This document shows positions 60,063 through 63,232 of a DNA stretch of 63,232 nucleotides, in pieces. The translations under genes and the position numbers were made by a program. Origin of the DNA: Bacilli bacterium (GTDB taxonomy: Bacteria > Bacillota_I > Bacilli_A > RF39 > UBA660); assembly GCA_017515795.1 (NCBI GenBank), contig JAFWEE010000002.1, positions 1-63,232 of the forward strand. The letters run 5' to 3'. The notes beneath the pieces were generated by a model that was not told where the DNA came from, did no database searches, and was given only the letters and a program-made list of their open reading frames with translations. The first letter of the stretch is position 1, and each line of letters begins with the position of its first letter.

Positions 60063-62012
60063 ATGTTTGGTTTAGATAATATAAAAGGTATTGGACCTTC
60101 TACAATTAATAAATTAAATAAGTTAGATATATATAATATGGAGGACTTAATTAATTACTTTCCGTATAAATATCATATATTAAAAAAGACTTCATTAAAT
60201 GAAGAAAAAGTAGTAGTATCAGGTAAAATATTATCTATTCCTACAGTCTCTTTTTTTAAGAAGATGAATAGATTATCTTTTACTATGGAAATAGATAATC
60301 GAATATTTAATGTAACTATTTTTAATAGATTATTCTTAAAAGATAAATTAACTATTAATAAAGTAGTAACAGTAGTAGGTAAACTAGAAAAAAATACTAT
60401 TACTGCATCAGATATATATTTATATGATATAGGAGGTAATATAAATATTATTCCTGTATATCATTTAGTAAAGGGATTAACATCTAAAAATATAACTAAA
60501 TATATAAACGAAGCAATAAATACATCATATATTTATGATTATATTCCTGAAATATTATCTAATAAATATAACTTTATATCTAAAAAGGATGCTATATATA
60601 AAGTAAATAATCCATTATCTATGGAAGACATAGATATATCAAGAGATAGACTTAAATATGAAGAACTATTTATTTATTCTTTAAAGATGAATTATTTAAA
60701 ATCTAAAAAAGATAATAAAGGGACATCTATTATAGTAAATAAAACTAGAATAAATGAGTTTATTTTATCTTTGAGTTATTCATTAACAAAAGACCAATTA
60801 CATGCTTTAGAAGATATCTTTAAAGACATGGAATCTCCTTCACGTATGAACAGACTAGTAGAAGGCGATGTAGGTTCTGGTAAAACTATAGTAGCCCTTA
60901 TAACTATGTATGCATATTTTTTAAATGGATATCAATCTTCTTTAATGGCTCCAACTGAAATATTAGCTATTCAGCATTATAATAATATGATTAATTTATT
61001 TAAAGACTTTAATGTAAATGTAGCATTAATTACATCATCTACTAAAAAAAGTGAAAAGAATAAGATATATGAAGGAATTAGTAATGGATCTATTAATATG
61101 GTAATAGGTACTCATTCTCTTTTAAATGAAGATTTAGAGTTCAATAATTTAGGATTAGTAGTAACAGACGAACAACATAGATTTGGAGTAAATCAAAGAA
61201 GGAATTTAAGAAATAAAGGTAATAATGTAGATGTGTTATATCTTTCTGCGACACCAATACCTAGAACGTATGCTTTAACTCTTTTCGGTGATATGGATAT
61301 ATCTATTATTGAAAGTAAGATATCTGGTAGAAAAGAAATAACTACTAAAGTATTTAAAAATAATCAAACTGATGAATATTTAAATATGATATATAAAGAA
61401 TTAAAGGAAGGTCATCAAGTATATATAGTATCTCCTTTAATAGAATCAGAAGATGAATCTTTAGATATAAAGAAATTAAGAGATAAATTTTCTTTAGCAT
61501 TTAAAAACTACAATATAGATATTCTTCATGGTAAGATGAAATCTAAAGAAAAAGATGAAATAATGAATAAATATAAAAACCATGAAATAGATATATTAAT
61601 ATCTACTACTGTAATAGAAGTAGGAGTAGACGTTAAGAATGCTACTATGATTGTTATATTTGATGCTGAAAGATTTGGTTTAGCTACACTTCACCAACTT
61701 AGAGGTAGAGTAGGAAGAAATGATTTAGAGTCTTATTGTTTACTTATATCTAATAAAGAAACAGAAAGACTAAAAATAATGGAATCTATCCATGATGGGT
61801 TTAAACTTTCAGAAGAAGACTTTAGACTTCGTGGATCAGGAGATTTATTTGGTACGAGACAACATGGAGATATGAACTTTAAAGTGGCAAAACTACCTAG
61901 AGATATTGATGTATTAAAACATACAAGTGAAGATTCAAAAGAAATATTAAAAAATATTGATAATTATTCTTTACTTCAAGGTATAATTAAAGATATAAGA
62001 AAAAAAGATTAG
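60063..62012 (+). CDS. recG: ATP-dependent DNA helicase RecG
   Basis: MNRLVEGDVGSGKT, DEQHRFGV, SATPIPRT, HQLRGRVGR, RGSGDLFG.RQHG. Confidence 0.97.
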   Translation: MFGLDNIKGIGPSTINKLNKLDIYNMEDLINYFPYKYHILKKTSLNEEKVVVSGKILSIPTVSFFKKMNRLSFTMEIDNRIFNVTIFNRLFLKDKLTINKVVTVVGKLEKNTITASDIYLYDIGGNINIIPVYHLVKGLTSKNITKYINEAINTSYIYDYIPEILSNKYNFISKKDAIYKVNNPLSMEDIDISRDRLKYEELFIYSLKMNYLKSKKDNKGTSIIVNKTRINEFILSLSYSLTKDQLHALEDIFKDMESPSRMNRLVEGDVGSGKTIVALITMYAYFLNGYQSSLMAPTEILAIQHYNNMINLFKDFNVNVALITSSTKKSEKNKIYEGISNGSINMVIGTHSLLNEDLEFNNLGLVVTDEQHRFGVNQRRNLRNKGNNVDVLYLSATPIPRTYALTLFGDMDISIIESKISGRKEITTKVFKNNQTDEYLNMIYKELKEGHQVYIVSPLIESEDESLDIKKLRDKFSLAFKNYNIDILHGKMKSKEKDEIMNKYKNHEIDILISTTVIEVGVDVKNATMIVIFDAERFGLATLHQLRGRVGRNDLESYCLLISNKETERLKIMESIHDGFKLSEEDFRLRGSGDLFGTRQHGDMNFKVAKLPRDIDVLKHTSEDSKEILKNIDNYSLLQGIIKDIRKKD

Positions 62013-62020
62013 GAGGAATA

Positions 62021-63124
62021 ATGAAAGAACAGTTTTTATTTGATAAATTATCTAAGATGTCTCTTCAAACTAAAATTGGTCAAATGTTACTAATTGATTA
62101 TAGGAATGAAGATGGCTTTAAAATGACAGTAGATTTAGAAAAAGTATTAACTACTTATTCTCCAGGTGGTTTTATACTTTTTAGAAGCAATTTAAGTGAT
62201 TATAAAAATACTCAAAAACTATTGCATAGTATTAAAGAAATAGGAGATATTAGTCCCTTTATAGCAGCTGATCATGAAGGTGGAATAGTTCAAAAACTAT
62301 CAGATGTTGGTTTAACTATAATTCCATCTATGGAAGAAGTTGCTAAAACTATGTCAGAAGAAGATGTATTTAATCTTGGTAAAAAAATGGGTGAAGAATT
62401 AAAATCAATAGGAGTAGATATGGATATGGCTCCAGTACTAGATGTTTTATCTAATCCTAATAATGTTGGTATACAATCAAGATCATTTGGTAGTGATCCA
62501 GAGGTAGTAAAAAGACTATCTATGGCAATTGCAAATGGATTAAAAGAAGAAAAAGTAATCTCAGTTGGAAAACACTTTCCAGGTCATGGAGGAGTTATAA
62601 CTAATTCTCATGAAGATTTACCTGTTATAGATAAAAATTTAGAGGAATTAAAAGCATTAGAATTAATTCCATTTATAGAAGCTATTAAACAAAATGTACC
62701 GGGTATAATGGTAGGTCATTTGGCTGTTCCAAAAGTTACAGGAGATAAAACTCCTGCTAGTTTATCAAAAGTATTAGTAAATGATATTTTAAGAGATGAT
62801 CTTGGATATAATGGTTTATCATTACCAGATGCTCTAAAAAGAATGGGTGCATTAACTAAATATTTTGATGAAAGAGAAATTTATTTAAGATGTATTAATG
62901 CAGGTAATGATATGTTATTAATGCCTCAAAATATTAATATTGCATATGATACTATATACAGAGCAGTTAATGAAGGAACTATTACTGAAGAAAGAATAAA
63001 TGAAGCTGTTTATAGAATTCTTTCTACTAAATTTGATTATGGATTTTTTGATAAAGAGTATAATGAATATGTATTAAATAATCAAAATCAACAATATGTA
63101 AATACTCAATATAAACATAGATAA
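62021..63124 (+). CDS. nagZ: GH3 beta-N-acetylhexosaminidase (NagZ-like), no signal peptide
   Basis: KIGQM, DHEGG, APVLDV, RSFG, KHFPGHG..SH..LP, AGNDMLL. Confidence 0.85.
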   Translation: MKEQFLFDKLSKMSLQTKIGQMLLIDYRNEDGFKMTVDLEKVLTTYSPGGFILFRSNLSDYKNTQKLLHSIKEIGDISPFIAADHEGGIVQKLSDVGLTIIPSMEEVAKTMSEEDVFNLGKKMGEELKSIGVDMDMAPVLDVLSNPNNVGIQSRSFGSDPEVVKRLSMAIANGLKEEKVISVGKHFPGHGGVITNSHEDLPVIDKNLEELKALELIPFIEAIKQNVPGIMVGHLAVPKVTGDKTPASLSKVLVNDILRDDLGYNGLSLPDALKRMGALTKYFDEREIYLRCINAGNDMLLMPQNINIAYDTIYRAVNEGTITEERINEAVYRILSTKFDYGFFDKEYNEYVLNNQNQQYVNTQYKHR

Positions 63125-63129
63125 ACAAA

Positions 63130-63158
63130 TTGACAAAAGACATAAAATGTTTTACTAT
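63130..63158 (+). promoter_or_regulatory. Strong sigma-A promoter
   Basis: TTGACA-17-TACTAT. Confidence 0.75.
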
Positions 63159-63164
63159 AAATAT

Positions 63165-63232
63165 AGCATAACAAGATATTTGTTATGTGCACTTATACTG
63201 GATTTTGTATAAGTGAACCAAACCCCCTGAAG
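63165..63232 (+). ncRNA. Structured RNA or leader, truncated by the window end
   Basis: Hairpins CATAACAA/TTGTTATG and CACTTATAC/GTATAAGTG immediately after the promoter, then AACCAAACCCCCTGAAG. Confidence 0.4.

Overview
Very AT-rich chromosomal segment of a low-GC Firmicute that encodes peptidoglycan synthesis. It is probably a genome-reduced uncultured Bacilli lineage such as RF39 (inferred from gene content and style, not verified). TGA is used as a stop (nusB, rel), so the code is 11. Almost all genes lie on the + strand and are housekeeping: rpsB-tsf, frr, rpsP-khpA, murT-gatD, yebC, mraY, dnaG-sigA-trmK, mutS, nusB-xseAB, L21 leader-rplU-prp-rpmA, trmB, obgE, ruvAB-queA-tgt-secDF-rel-dtd, murG-murB-divIB-ftsA-ftsZ, mraZ-rsmH-ftsL-pbp, recG and nagZ. 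Surface and membrane proteins are interspersed, including a ~4250-aa modular adhesin-like protein. I see no tRNA, rRNA, CRISPR array, transposase or prophage. Most notable: (1) a candidate structured small RNA (~59835-59972, - strand) whose hairpin loop is exactly complementary to a C-rich segment of a second promoter-driven structured RNA at the window end; (2) a ~41-bp terminator/promoter direct repeat flanking the giant adhesin gene; (3) core proteins with altered architecture or catalytic residues: GatD without its Cys/His, Rel with a degenerate hydrolase, SigA with two region-1.1 domains, S2 fused to Rho_N, and SecDF with an extra N-terminal membrane domain.
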